Origin: Paramoeba atlantica
Taxonomy: Eukaryota > Protista > Discosea
Assembly: GCA_977017575.1 (NCBI GenBank)
Contig: CDRNVI010000047.1
Location: forward strand, 299,952-363,951
Direction of reading: 5' to 3'
DNA length: 64,000 bases
In this document: piece by piece, positions 30,701-43,700 of the stretch
Layout of the letters: each line of letters begins with the position of its first letter
Position numbering within the stretch: position 1 is the first letter of the stretch
The notes under the pieces: model-generated
The model's input: only the letters and a program-made list of their open reading frames with translations
Database searches by the model: none
What the model was told of the DNA's origin: nothing
Translations under genes and position numbers: made by a program

Positions 30701-33700
30701 GAAGAAGACGTATCACAACTTGTGATATGTTGATCGTCGTTCATTCTCTTTTTGTAGAAGAGAAGAAGAAGAGAATTCTCTTCTTGTACCTTTTCATGCA
30801 CTCTTCTTGAGCTTCCGTACTGACTGAGAAATCTTCCAAAGGAAGACGATCAATGGAGGAACTCTCATAGAAGTATTTGAGTGCGTCTTTTGGATTGCGC
30901 TCAATGTCAAAACGTGTTCGACGTGAGCCATCTCCATTGACTTCGTATGTGTCAAAATTGACAATACGTTTCGCGATGCAACATCGTTCAAGCCAGTACC
31001 GAAGTTCATTGGCTGAAGATTCTTTGCATATTTCGTTTGTGTGAAAGATGGTATTTTCACGCATCTGCATGGTAGCATATGCTGCACTGTCAATAGTGCT
31101 AGCATTCGTCAAATTCGTGACAGTTGCTTGATTCAAAATTGAAACAATTTCGTTTTCAAGAGAGGGACTCGAAGTAAACGTGTAAACGTTCTTTTCACCC
31201 TTCTTTTTCAAGGAAGAAGACGTATCACAACTTGTGATATGTTGATCGTCGTTCATTCTCTTTTTGTAGAAGAGAAGAAGAAGAGAATTCTCTTCTTGTA
31301 CCTTTTCATGCACTCTTCTTGAGCTTCCGTACTGACTGAGAAATCTTCCAAAGGAAGACGATCAATGGAGGAACTCTCATAGAAGTATTTGAGTGCGTCT
31401 TTTGGATTGCGCTCAATGTCAAAACATGTTCGACGTGAGCCATCTCCATTGACTTCGTATGTGTCAAAATTGACAATACGTTTCGCGATGCAGCATCGTT
31501 CAAGCCAGCACCGAAGTTCATTGGCTGAAGATTCTTTTCATATTTCGTTTGTGTGAAAGATGGTGTTTTCACACATCTGCATGATAGCATATGCTGCACT
31601 GTCAATAGTGCTAGCATTCGTCAAATTCGTGACAGTTGCTTGATTCAAAATTGAAACAATTTCGTTTTCAAGAGAGGGACTCGAAGTAAACGTGTAAACG
31701 TTCTTTTCACCCTTCTTTTTCAAGGAAGAAGACGTATCACAACTTGTGATATGTTGATCGTCGTTCATTCTCTTTTTGTAGAAGAGAAGAAGAAGAGAAT
31801 TCTCTTCTTGTACCTTTTCATGCACTCTTCTTGAGCTTCCGTACTGACTGAAAAATCTTCCAAAGGAAGACGATCAATGTAGGAACTCTCATAGAAGTAT
31901 TTGAGTGCGTCTTTTGGATCGCGCTCAATGTCAAAACGTGTTCGACGTGAGCCATCTCCATTGACTTCGTATGTGTCAAAATTGACAATACGTTTCGCGA
32001 TGCAACATCGTTCAAGCCAGCACCGAAGTTCATTGGCTGAAGATTCTTTGCATATTTCGTTTGTGTGAAAGATGGTGTTTTCACACATCTGCATGATAGC
32101 ATATGCTGCACTGTCAATAGTGCTAGCATTCGTCAAATTCGTGACAGTTGCTTGATTCAAACTTGAAACAATTTCGTTTTCAAGAGAGGGACTCGAAGTA
32201 AACGTGTAAACGTTCTTTTCACCCTTCTTTTTCAAGGAAGAAGACGTATCACAACTTGTGATATGTTGATCGTCGTTCATTCTCTTTTTGTAGAAGAGAA
32301 GAAGAAGAGAATCCTCTTCTTGTACCTTTTCATGCACTCTTCTTGAGCTTCCGTACTGACTGAGAAATCTTCCAAAGGAAGACGATCAATGTAGGAACTC
32401 TCATAGAAGTATTTGAGTGCGTCTTTTGGATTGCGCTCAATGTCAAAACATGTTCGACGTGAGCCATCTCCATTGACTTCGTATGTGTCAAAATTGACAA
32501 TACGTTTCGCGATGCAACATCGTTCAAGCCAGTACCGAAGTTCATTGGCTGAAGATTCTTTGCATATTTCGTTTGTGTGAAAGATGGTATTTTCACGCAT
32601 CTGCATGGTAGCATATGCTGCACTGTCAATAGTGCTAGCATTCGTCAAATTCGTGACAGTTGCTTGATTCAAAATTGAAACAATTTCGTTTTCAAGAGAG
32701 GGACTCGAAGTAAACGTGTAAACGTTCTTTTCACCCTTCTTTTTCAAGGAAGAAGACGTATCACAACTTGTGATATGTTGATCGTCGTTCATTCTCTTTT
32801 TGTAGAAGAGAAGAAGAAGAGAATCCTCTTCTTGTACCTTTTCATGCACTCTTCTTGAGCTTCCGTACTGACTGAGAAATCTTCCAAAGGAAGACGATCA
32901 ATGTAGGAACTCTCATAGAAGTATTTGAGTGCGTCTTTTTGATTGCGCTCAATGTCAAAACATGTTCGACGTGAGCCATCTCCATTGACTTCGTATGTGT
33001 CAAAATTGACAATACGTTTCGCGATGCAACATCGTTCAAGCCAGCACCGAAGTTCATTGGCTGAAGATTCTTTTCATATTTCGTTTGTGTGAAAGATGGT
33101 ATTTTCACGCATCTGCATGATAGCATATGCTGCACTGTCAATAGTGCTAGCATTCGTCAAATTCGTGACAGTTGCTTGATTCAAAATTGAAACAATTTCG
33201 TTTTCAAGAGAGGGACTCGAAGTAAACGTGTAAACGTTCTTTTCACCCTTCTTTTTCAAGGAAGAAGACGTATCACAACTTGTGATATGTTGATCGTCGT
33301 TCATTCTCTTTTTGTAGAAGAGAAGAAGAAGAGAATTCTCTTCTTGTACCTTTTCATGCACTCTTCTTGAGCTTCCGTACTGACTGAAAAATCTTCCAAA
33401 GGAAGACGATCAATGTAGGAACTCTCATAGAAGTATTTGAGTGCGTCTTTTGGATTGCGCTCAATGTCAAAACGTGTTCGACGTGAGCCATCTCCATTGA
33501 CTTCGTATGTGTCAAAATTGACAATACGTTTCGCGATGCAACATCGTTCAAGCCAGTACCGAAGTTCATTGGCTGAAGATTCTTTGCATATTTCGTTTGT
33601 GTGAAAGATGGTATTTTCACGCATCTGCATGGTAGCATATGCTGCACTGTCAATAGTGCTAGCATTCGTCAAATTCGTGACAGTTGCTTGATTCAAAATT

Positions 33701-34752
33701 GAAACAATTTCGTTTTCAAGAGAGGGACTCGAAGTAAACGTGTAAACGTTCTTTTCACCCTTCTTTTTCAAGGAAGAAGACGTATCACAACTTGTGATAT
33801 GTTGATCGTCGTTCATTCTCTTTTTGTAGAAGAGAAGAAGAAGAGAATTCTCTTCTTGTACCTTTTCATGCACTCTTCTTGAGCTTCCGTACTGACTGAG
33901 AAATCTTCCAAAGGAAGACGATCAATGGAGGAACTCTCATAGAAGTATTTGAGTGCGTCTTTTGGATTGCGCTCAATGTCAAAACATGTTCGACGTGAGC
34001 CATCTCCATTGACTTCGTATGTGTCAAAATTGACAATACGTTTCGCGATGCAGCATCGTTCAAGCCAGCACCGAAGTTCATTGGCTGAAGATTCTTTTCA
34101 TATTTCGTTTGTGTGAAAGATGGTGTTTTCACACATCTGCATGATAGCATATGCTGCACTGTCAATAGTGCTAGCATTCGTCAAATTCGTGACAGTTGCT
34201 TGATTCAAAATTGAAACAATTTCGTTTTCAAGAGAGGGACTCGAAGTAAACGTGTAAACGTTCTTTTCACCCTTCTTTTTCAAGGAAGAAGACGTATCAC
34301 AACTTGTGATATGTTGATCGTCGTTCATTCTCTTTTTGTAGAAGAGAAGAAGAAGAGAATTCTCTTCTTGTACCTTTTCATGCACTCTTCTTGAGCTTCC
34401 GTACTGACTGAAAAATCTTCCAAAGGAAGACGATCAATGTAGGAACTCTCATAGAAGTATTTGAGTGCGTCTTTTGGATTGCGCTCAATGTCAAAACGTG
34501 TTCGACGTGAGCCATCTCCATTGACTTCGTATGTGTCAAAATTGACAATACGTTTCGCGATGCAACATCGTTCAAGCCAGTACCGAAGTTCATTGGCTGA
34601 AGATTCTTTGCATATTTCGTTTGTGTGAAAGATGGTATTTTCACGCATCTGCATGGTAGCATATGCTGCACTGTCAATAGTGCTAGCATTCGTCATATTC
34701 GTGACAGTTGCTTGATTCAAAATTGAAACAATTTCGTTTTCAAGAGAGGGAC
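27712..34752 (-). repeat. Tandem array of a 512-bp unit (13.75 copies) derived from the 5' part of the Helitron RepHel ORF
   Basis: Equivalent ORF boundaries recur exactly every 512 bp (27722, 28234 ... 34378). The unit is homologous to single-copy sequence at 40790-41260 and 46496-46880. Confidence 0.95.
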
Positions 34753-35426
34753 GTAATCGTGGACTTGATCGCAAGGTGGTTCAGGATCTCCTGCACACTC
34801 TTGCTGATGCAGCGCTCCGTAACGAAACAATGTCTGTTTATGAATTCAGTCGAGTGCAGGTCGCTGAGAACTTCATCGGCAAAAGGAAGTATAATCGGGG
34901 CCGTAGACAGCGGAAAAGGGGATGGTAGTTCGCAACTGTCACGGAGTCTCGTGGCACTGGTAAAACGGGGCGGACCCATTGGAAATTGGTGAAGCGTCGT
35001 GATACGCCTACCCTCCATGGCTTCATCATTCCCCATCTTGCCAGTGCGCGATCCGTGGTAGTCAGCGATTGTTGGGGGGCTTACAATGGTTTAGACCAAG
35101 TTTGTCTTCACTACTCCGTGAATCATAGTAAGGAGTTTGTGAACGAGAAGGGATATCATACTAATGGTGCTGAGAGTGTCCACAACACCATTAAGTATTG
35201 GGTAAGACTCCAACACTATAATTTTGGGGCAACAACATTGGAGTTGCAGCGAAACGTCGCGCTCCAGTGTGTAAAGTATGGGGATACCCATAATGGACGC
35301 GAGCAGTCTTGGCAGAATCGCTTTGTTAATATAATGAAGTGTATAAAAGACAACTACGGTTTTCCCGTTCCCGAAGAATTTGAGGAACTCAGTTCCGATA
35401 GTTGCGCATCAGACTACGAGGGATGA
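34753..35426 (+). pseudogene. Merlin / IS1595 (ISXO2)-like transposase, 5'-truncated
   Basis: VQVAENFIGKRKYNRGR..W*F..V..RD..TL..VVSDCWGAYNGL..HYSVNHSKEFV..HTNGAES. The first catalytic Asp is changed to Ala and there is one TAG stop. Confidence 0.85.
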
Positions 35427-35603
35427 TGCTTTTTATAATATTTGTTCATACGCAGTCTTTTTTTTGTGTATTACTTATTTTGCTGGGACTCAGGGCTCAA
35501 CCTGACTGGCTAAAAAAAAACAAGAAAAAATTAAAAAAAATAAAAAAAATGAATGAAAAATTGTTTTGGGCGCAAGAATACCATGCAAGCAAGGTTTAAT
35601 CCT

Positions 35604-36787
35604 TCAAGACATAAAGATGCTGTTTCTGTACGTGTCCTCACGATCCCTATTAGTGCGCGCAAGGACTATAACCTTTTCCAACGGTATTTCAATCTCGCTT
35701 ACAATAAAAAACCAAGCTCCGTTCGTCGAGCATTTTTTTACAAAAAAAATTGCGTTTTCATTCATCGAGTGCCCCCCCTCCCCTGTTTCCAAGTATGTAA
35801 ATAAGTGCAAACCCACACGGTTCCATGAGGTGAACTTGTCACATTCATTGAATGGACATACTTTCACAGGAAGTCGTCGTGTGTTAATGGTTTTACATAA
35901 TACATTTTCCACAAAGTAGAGAATCTCTACTGATTTTAATGGATGATCTAGCCTGGTGAAGGCTTCTTTGGTACGCTTTTCTGGTGGATACAAAGTGAGA
36001 GGTATACCCTCCACTTCGCCCTTTTCCGACGAAGCTTCGAGCCACTTCCAGAGTGATAAAACTTCATCACGTTCTGTGAGTTTCGGCCAATCACGGTCTT
36101 GCGTGATAGTGTAGGCTATAGCTCCAACAGAGAGCTCACCTTCATCGTTTCCTACTAAAGGAACTGGCGTAGTAGCCATGCTTCCAATATTGTAGACTGT
36201 TCGAATTGCCGCTATCTGTGTTTCCATAGAAGATGTGCAATTGTATGTGAACACTCGTCGTTTAGTCAGACATACCATGGCGAGAGTATCGCCATTGCCT
36301 TTGACGTAAACGACGTTATGTCCATCATGATATCTCTGAATAGAGCATCTTTTATCTCCATCGCTTTGGAGGGTTTCATCACAAACAATGTGTGAATTGA
36401 TGAGAATATTCTCAATCAGTTGAAAAGATGTGAGTGTTAGCGTGGAGCATTGCTTCACACGTTCCAGCTCATCATCCTGTGATATTGCATGAACTCTGTT
36501 ACGCTCAGCTTGTGTGATTCGAAGTCGAAAAGCCCGAGCTTCAGTATGCCGCGGATGACGGTAAAAATGCTTTTGAAGCCCCTTAAACGTGAACATTTGT
36601 TCGGTAGCGCACAAAGTGCACTTGAACTTGTTCGGTTGTGTGATTCGTACTCGAGAGGTGATCTCTAGTACGTCTTATGGGAGGTTTCCCTTTCAACTCC
36701 TCGAAGAAGGAGCATTCTTTGCAATGGGAATGATCCCCGCGTCCATGTTCGAAAACATGTTTACGCATGTACTCATACTTGAAAGCA
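35604..36787 (-). pseudogene. 3' part of the zinc-finger gene, including the complete C-terminal domain
   Basis: ORF 35604-36614 matches 39900-40760 and 45640-46200. An internal deletion joins finger module 3 to the last finger. Confidence 0.8.
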
Positions 36788-36856
36788 GGGTTCGCAGAAA
36801 CTATAATATAGTAAAATATAGTTTTTTTCATTGAATATAGTTACTATATAGTACTA

Positions 36857-38460
36857 TTGCGGTGGTTGTAAAACTACCGCTCTACACTCGATTATTGAAA
36901 AAAAAGTGAACAAAAACAGTGAAAATATAAAGAGGAACACAGTAATATAATAGAAGAAAAAAATATAAAAGGGGGCTCCGGTGGTCCAAAACTGAAAAAA
37001 AAATTTGAAAAAAATGGGGGGTCCAGGGGGGGGGTCCAGGGGGGGGGGGCATGGTCGAGCAAATTTTTTCGAAAAAATTAGTTTTCGAAAAAAAACCGCA
37101 GAAAGGGTAGCCGGGGTCTTGGCGCGCATTTTCCACCCCCCTACCCGGGGGTGACCCCCACGCGTATCCGCAGGACGGGTCCGCCAAGTTCGGATTTTTT
37201 CGGAAAAATTTTTTCGAAAAAAAATTCAACTTGGCGAAAAAAATGACAAAAAAAATATTTTTCCAAAATCGTTTCCCCTATTGTATTTTGATAGTTTGGG
37301 ACCTACACTAGCTTTCTCCGCAGTTGTTTTCGCAAGGTATCACTTCTTCGAACTGTGGTGCGCCCCTCAAAATGACCCATTTTTGACTAAAAAAGGTGAA
37401 AAAGTATTTTTCGGACCTAAAGGGGCATTTTTGTGTCGAAAGAATGGTATGGTTGGAGTCGTATTCTCTACCCAATACGTTCGGTAGGCTTTCATTCATG
37501 CCTACGAGTGATTTCCCACGCGCAAATGTCGGATTTAGTGCTCTGAGTGGAAAAATACGCGAAAATGACCCCATTTTTACCCGAAATTCGGCTATTTTTG
37601 GCTATAATCTTTCCGTTTTCTTCAGCTTTCCAGGCCAAATTTTCTTTTTCAGGCTCTTCGTTAAACGCGGCGGTAGTTTTCAACGTTGAAAAAATGTGAA
37701 CAAAAACAGTGAAAATATAAAGAGGAACACAGTAATATAATAAAGGAAAAAAATATAAAAGGGGGCTCCGGTGGTCCAAAATTGAAAAAAAAAATTGAAA
37801 AAAATGGGGGGTCCATGGGGGGGGTCCAGGGGGGGGGGGCATGGTCGAGCAAATTTTCGAAAAAAAAACGCAGAAGGGGTACCGGGGTCTTGGCGCGCAT
37901 TTTCCACCCCCCTACCCGGGGGTGACCCCCCCGCGTATCCGCAGGACAGGTCCGCCAAGTTTGAGAAAATTGAGAAAAAATTCAACTTGGCGGAAAAAAT
38001 GGTAAAAAAAATATTTTTTCAAATTTTTTTTCGCTATTGTATTTTGAGAGTTTGGGACCTATGCTAGCTATCTACACCGTTGTTTTCGCCAGTTACCCCA
38101 TCTTCTAGCCGTGGCACGCCTCCCAAAATGGCCCATTTTTGACCAAAAATTGCGGAAAAGTAATTTTCGGACCCAAAGGGGTCTTTTTATGTCGAAAGAA
38201 TGGTGTGGTTGGAGTCGTATTCTATACCCAATACGTTCAGTAGGCTTACATTCACGTCTACGAGTGATTTCTCACACGCAAATGTCAGATTTAGCGCTCT
38301 GAGAGCAAAAATACCCAAAAATTTTACCCTAAATTCGGCTATTTTTGGCTATAATCTTTGTTTTACTTTAGCTGTCCAGGCCGAAGTTTCTTTTTTGGGC
38401 TCTTCGTTAAACGCGGTGGTAGTTTTGAACGCGAAGCGCGCAGCATGAGTGACTTCTAAG
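36857..38460 (+). mobile_element. ~0.9-kb element copy 3 plus a second tandem partial copy truncated inside the cruciform
   Basis: Colinear with 2832-3737. The second copy stops at gagtgacttctaag (38460), just upstream of the zinc-finger gene. Confidence 0.8.
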
Positions 38461-38588
38461 ATCCTCTAAAAAATGATCCTCTAAAATGAGATGAAAATCA
38501 CATGTTCTTATTTTTGTGCTTCGAATTTTTTTGTTCGTACATTTTTTTCACTATTTAGCGCTTTTTTATTCATACTATTATTCTTCTC

Positions 38589-40760
38589 ATGTCTTCTGAT
38601 TCGTCGTGGTCCGTGTCGTCGGCGTCGTTGGAGGTGTCGCTTGCTGGGGCCGGGGGTGGGGGAAGCCAACTGAGCTCTAACAAAGCTCTGGGCGAAGCAT
38701 ATCGCGACTGCGAATGCTGCACTTTCTTTCAAAGAAAGAAAGGAAAGAAAAGGGTGCGCATGACCCTTAATCACAGTGCTAGCAAAGCACATAAAAGCTC
38801 AGCTCAAATATACGAGCCATGGCAACAGCATGTTGCTGAAGAAGGTGAATTTTACACCTGCCGAGAATGTTCTAACGCGAACATTCGGGTGGAATTGACA
38901 GCTCCCCTGATGAAGCGGCACGTAAACGAACATTTAAAAGGGTTGCATATCATTTGTGAACCTTGTTCGTTCTTCCAAGAGCTCATGGGAAAACCCCCCG
39001 TTTTGAGCGTACAAAAGCACGACGAGCGTGTGAAACACAAGCGTGAAAAAGAGATTTTTAACGCGTGGAAAGTCCTTCAAATTGAAGGAAGCATTGTCAA
39101 TGGCTTTACATGCACGAAATGTGCCACAACACAGGGCGATCAAAACCCTGAACATCGTACTTTCAAGTATGATGACATGCGCAAACATGTTTTCGAACAT
39201 GGGCGCGGGGATCATTCCCATTGCAAAGAGTGCTCCTTCTTCGAGGAGTTGCAAGGGAAACCCCCCATAAGACGTACTCGAGAGCATCTCTCGAGTGCGA
39301 ATCACAAAACTGAGAAGGAGATGTACGACATGTGGATGGACTTTGAGGTGCAAGGTACCATGTCTGCAGGCTTTCGGTGCACAAAATGTGCAGAATCACG
39401 GGGTAAAGCAAACCCTTCGTCGTACACGTTTATGTACTACTACATGCGCAAACATGTTTTCGAACATGGGCGCGGAGATCAAGACATTTGTGAAGCATGC
39501 TCCTTTTTTTCGAGTATGCATGGACAGCGTCCTATCTTGAAAACTCGAGAGCATATTTCGAGTATCAGCCACGAACACGAACAGCAACTGTTCGAACTAT
39601 GGCACGAGCTTCCCATAGCTCACGCAAGCGCAGGGACAGAATCCGGTTACAAGTGTGTTGCGGACGCTTGTTCCGGTGAAGTGATGAGCCTCGGCGCTGC
39701 AAGAAAACACGTCGAAAAAAAGCATATGAAAACAAGTGAACAAAGCTGTGAAGCTTGTTCATTCTTTGATGCGGGGGGTGTGCCCAAGAAGCACAATCCT
39801 GCAGATTCAAGGAACAACGGGTATTATCCCGGCAGATGAATACCATTTGGTATCAAGTGAGCATACACGTTATGTTCAAACAAAAGTCGACTGGATCGAA
39901 TTTGCCCTCCCCTGCGAACAGAACAAGTTCAAATGCACTTTGTGCGCTACCGAACAAATGTTCACGTTTAAGGGGCTTCAAAAGCATTTTTACCGCCATC
40001 CGCGGCATGCTGAAGCTCGGGCTTTTCGACTTCGGATCACACAAGCTGAGCGCAACAGAGCTCATGCAGTATCGCAGGATGATGAGCTGGAACGTGTGAA
40101 GCAATGCTCCACGCTAACACTCACATCTTTTCAACTGATTGAGAATATTCTCATCAATTCACACATTGTTTGTGATGAAACCCTCCAAAGCGATGGAGAT
40201 AAAAGATGCTCTATTCAGAGACATCATGATGGACATAACGTCGTTTACGTTAAAGGCAATGGCGATTCTCTCGCCATGGTATGTCTGACTAAACGACGAG
40301 TGTTCACATACAATTGCACATCTTCTATGGAAACACAGATAGCGGCAATTCGAACAGTCTACAATATTGGAAGCATGGCTACTACGCCAGTTCCTTTAGT
40401 AGGAAACGATGAAGGTGAGCTCTTCCTTCCATAGCCATATGGAACCGTGATTGGCCGAAACTGACAGAACGTGATAAACTTTTATCACTCTGGAAGTGGC
40501 TCGAAGCTTCACTGGAAAAAGGCGAAGTGGGGGTTATACCCCTCACTTTGTATCCACAAGAAAAGCGTACCAAAGAAGCCTTCACCAGGCTAGACCATCC
40601 ACTAAAATCAGTAGAGATTCTCTACTTTGTGGAAAATGTATTATGTAAAACCATTAACACACGACGATTTCCTGTGAAAGTATGTCCATTCAATGAATGT
40701 GACAAGTTCACTTCAAGGAACCGTGTGGGTTTACACATATTTACATACTTGGAAACAGAG
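38589..40760 (+). pseudogene. Tandem double-zinc-finger protein gene (frameshifted after about 39790)
   Basis: About 88-aa modules, each CxxC..MRKHVFEH followed by CxxCSFF..H.SS..H. Continues in ORFs 39736-40434 and 40527 onward. Confidence 0.8.
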
Positions 40761-40789
40761 GAATCATCGGGGCCGATATGGGTCCTTGT

Positions 40790-43700
40790 TTCCTTGAAAA
40801 AGAAGGGTGAAAAGAACGTTTATACGTTTATTACGAGTCCCTCTCTTGAAAATGAAATTGTTTCAATTTTGAATCAAGCAACTGTCACGAATGTGACGAA
40901 TGCTAGCACTATTGACAGTGCAGCATATGCTAGATGTGTGAAAATACCATCTTTCACACAAACGAAATATGAAAAGAATCTTCAGCCAATGAACTTCGGT
41001 GCTGGCTTGAACGATGTTGCATCGCGAAACGTATTGTCAATTTTGACACATACGAAGTCAATGGAGATGGCTCACGTCGAACACGTTTTGACATTGAGCG
41101 CAATCCAAAAGACGCACTCAAATACTTCTATGAGACTTCCTACATTGATCGTCTTCCTTTGGAAGATTTTTCAGTCAGTACGGAAGCTCAAGAAGAGTGC
41201 ATGAAAAGGTACAAAAAGAGAATGAACGACGATCAACGTATCGCAAGTTGTGATACAAGTTGTGATTCTTGTAAAGTTATTCTTCTCGAAAGTGACATTC
41301 CGAATCCCGAAGCGCAACTTTGTGCAAGGGATCAAAGAATAATGGACAAAAAAGGGAGAATTCCCCGCGGTCCAGTAGAACAACCTTCTACAAATCACCT
41401 TCCAGTACCCACGCTGGTAGAAGAGATCCTTCTTCAAAAGGTGTTTTTACACTGCACAATCATCAGTGTATATAGGAAAGGTGGCGCATATGCCGCATCC
41501 TTAAGGCCGGACACGAAATTCACTGGATATGCGACGGCTACAGCACGCGAAACCCTTGAGCTCTTGCAACTCGAAAGAGTTCCTGATCTCGAGGGCGCGA
41601 TTAAGAACATCCAAATTGTTTGGATAGCCAACGAACGGAGAACGAAACGTAGTCAAAGACTATGTTCTGCACAGCTGAGTGGCATATTCGGGGTGAAATC
41701 AGAGACTCCGAACACCTGGGTACACTTCCTCTGTGAGCATAACCACGTGTATGCTCAACTGAAAGAGGAAGGAAAGATCAACGTTGTTACCGAGCAACAT
41801 TGTAGAGACGTTGTCTCACATCTTTGGGATAGATCTGTTTCCCAGGAAGGTGAAAACGCCATAAACAGTATGGTCACCCAAGCAGTGGCTTCCGATACGT
41901 TACATCGCGATCCTCGCGGTGAGATCACATGATCTTTTGTAACTGATCACAGCCCTGTAAGCAATGCGCCGGCGGGTGCGCAAATTACGCATGCCGTGGC
42001 GATGCAACTGAAACAAAAAGAAGGTTTACTCAATGAGTATACCGACATGGAAAACATCTTGCTCGGAGCATTTCCGACGCTGATGCAAAAGTACCCTTTT
42101 AAGGGTTCAACGTTTGAACTATATGAAATCAAGGAAATTCTAGAGCAATCGGATTCCCGATTTGCAAAGAATGCTGGATTCATATTTTACTGCTACGATG
42201 TGCTTCGGTGCCGTGAAGCCTCATCAGCAGTAGTGCAAAATCTGAAGTATAACAAAGATATGCACAGAAGTTCGTGAATTTTTGCAATGCTGATGCTTTC
42301 TATCACATTTTACAACAGGCTATAAGGAACCCAAACAGTTCCGAGGCGAAACTTCTGGAAACAAAGTTTCTGCCATTTGTGCAAGTATGCGCAAAAACGA
42401 TACCCTTTTCGCTAGCAAAGCGAAAGGCATCACAAAGTCAGATCTACGCCTTATACAGGCGATGCGGACTGCCAACTTACTGGATCACAGTGAGTCCAAA
42501 CATGAACGATAACGTTCTAGATTTAAGAATCTTTACGAATGATGAGAGCGAGAAAATGCAGGAAATGCGGGCCAACCTTCTCAAGCGGTCTGAGCTTGTG
42601 CCATGGTATCCTGTCAGATCCACTAGAATTTTCAAACGGCAAATCCGTACTCTTCTTACCGAATTGTACGGAATGTCGAACGTAGATGAGGTAAAGAAAG
42701 AATGTGACGTTCTTGAAGGCCTCTTTGGTCGCCATCGAGCATTTTTTGGTGTTGTAGAATGCCAAAAAAGAGATGCTCTACACTTTCATAGTGTACTATG
42801 GACGAATCTGAGTCCACATTACGTCTCCGAATTAATTCACATTGTGAAGGAGCACGATGGTCTCGCGAAGTCTTTGGGTACGACGATGCTCGCTGATCTG
42901 CCCGAGTGGGCGCAAAGGATCAGTAAGGAGCTTTACGGCCCCGCAACGCTAGACTACTCAAAGATGTATCGCGGAGGACTACATATTATTCCTGATGAAA
43001 AGGATGATTATTTCAGGGAACATGTGTCCAAATGTGCTGCTGATGTTCAGAAGCACGTTGGTCACAGACCCATGTGTTTCAAAATGAATGTAAATATAAA
43101 CAAGAACAAATGCCGATATGGCATTCCATCCGTACTTCATGAAAATGAAACGGAAGTTCGAGAAGTTGAGGTTCAGATGGATGAATCTGGACAACCGGAA
43201 TTCCGGTTCAAGCCTCCAACACGGCCGATTAAAAATGACACCATTTGGCCAGTACTTGATGAACGGTCTCTGATTGTGCTTCTGCGCAATAACCAGGGCC
43301 CGACACAAGACACTAATTGGGGATCCATAAAATTCCGTTCCATAAAATGAAACACTCACTGCTTGCGTAAGATGCAATACATGTGTAGTAGCGAAGGCCC
43401 CGGCGTCGTTAGTGGGAAGCAATTTGCGAAGCCCATGTGTCCAAATGTGCTGCTGATGTTCAGCAGCACGTTGGTCACAGACCCATGTGTTTCAAAATGA
43501 AAGCCGAAGGGGTGGTATGGCGAGGGCCCGCGTGAGCGGGCCTGGGCCATACGCGGCGTCGTTAGTGGGAAGGAATTTGCGAAGCCCCGTTTGACAACAA
43601 CCCCCGCTTTTTAACGAAGCAGCTAGCACACCGACATGAGCAAGGACATTGGTCCACCTGTGTACATTGTACCAGCACTTCGCGTAGCCAATGGCCACCT

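Noticed and set aside
27712-34752. 512-bp (2^9) period as a computational duplication artefact, or as a CRISPR array
   Set aside because: Units carry shared SNPs in mosaic combinations rather than being exact copies, and there are no unique spacers. Copy number still needs read confirmation.
27722-34774. The many 95-, 103- and 190-aa ORFs in the array as real genes
   Set aside because: They are frame-shifting pieces of one Helitron 5' coding segment (512 is not divisible by 3) and alternative frames of it.
35604-36400. Ulp1/cysteine-protease domain in the ZnF protein C-terminus
   Set aside because: Only a vague resemblance (LAMVCLTKRRVFTYN; N.VGLH); the His-Trp and Gln-x-Cys catalytic motifs are not present.
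43620-43700. Intact Rep catalytic tyrosine motif (YxxKY)
   Set aside because: I could not find it in a single frame in any copy, so no copy in this window can be called transposition-competent.
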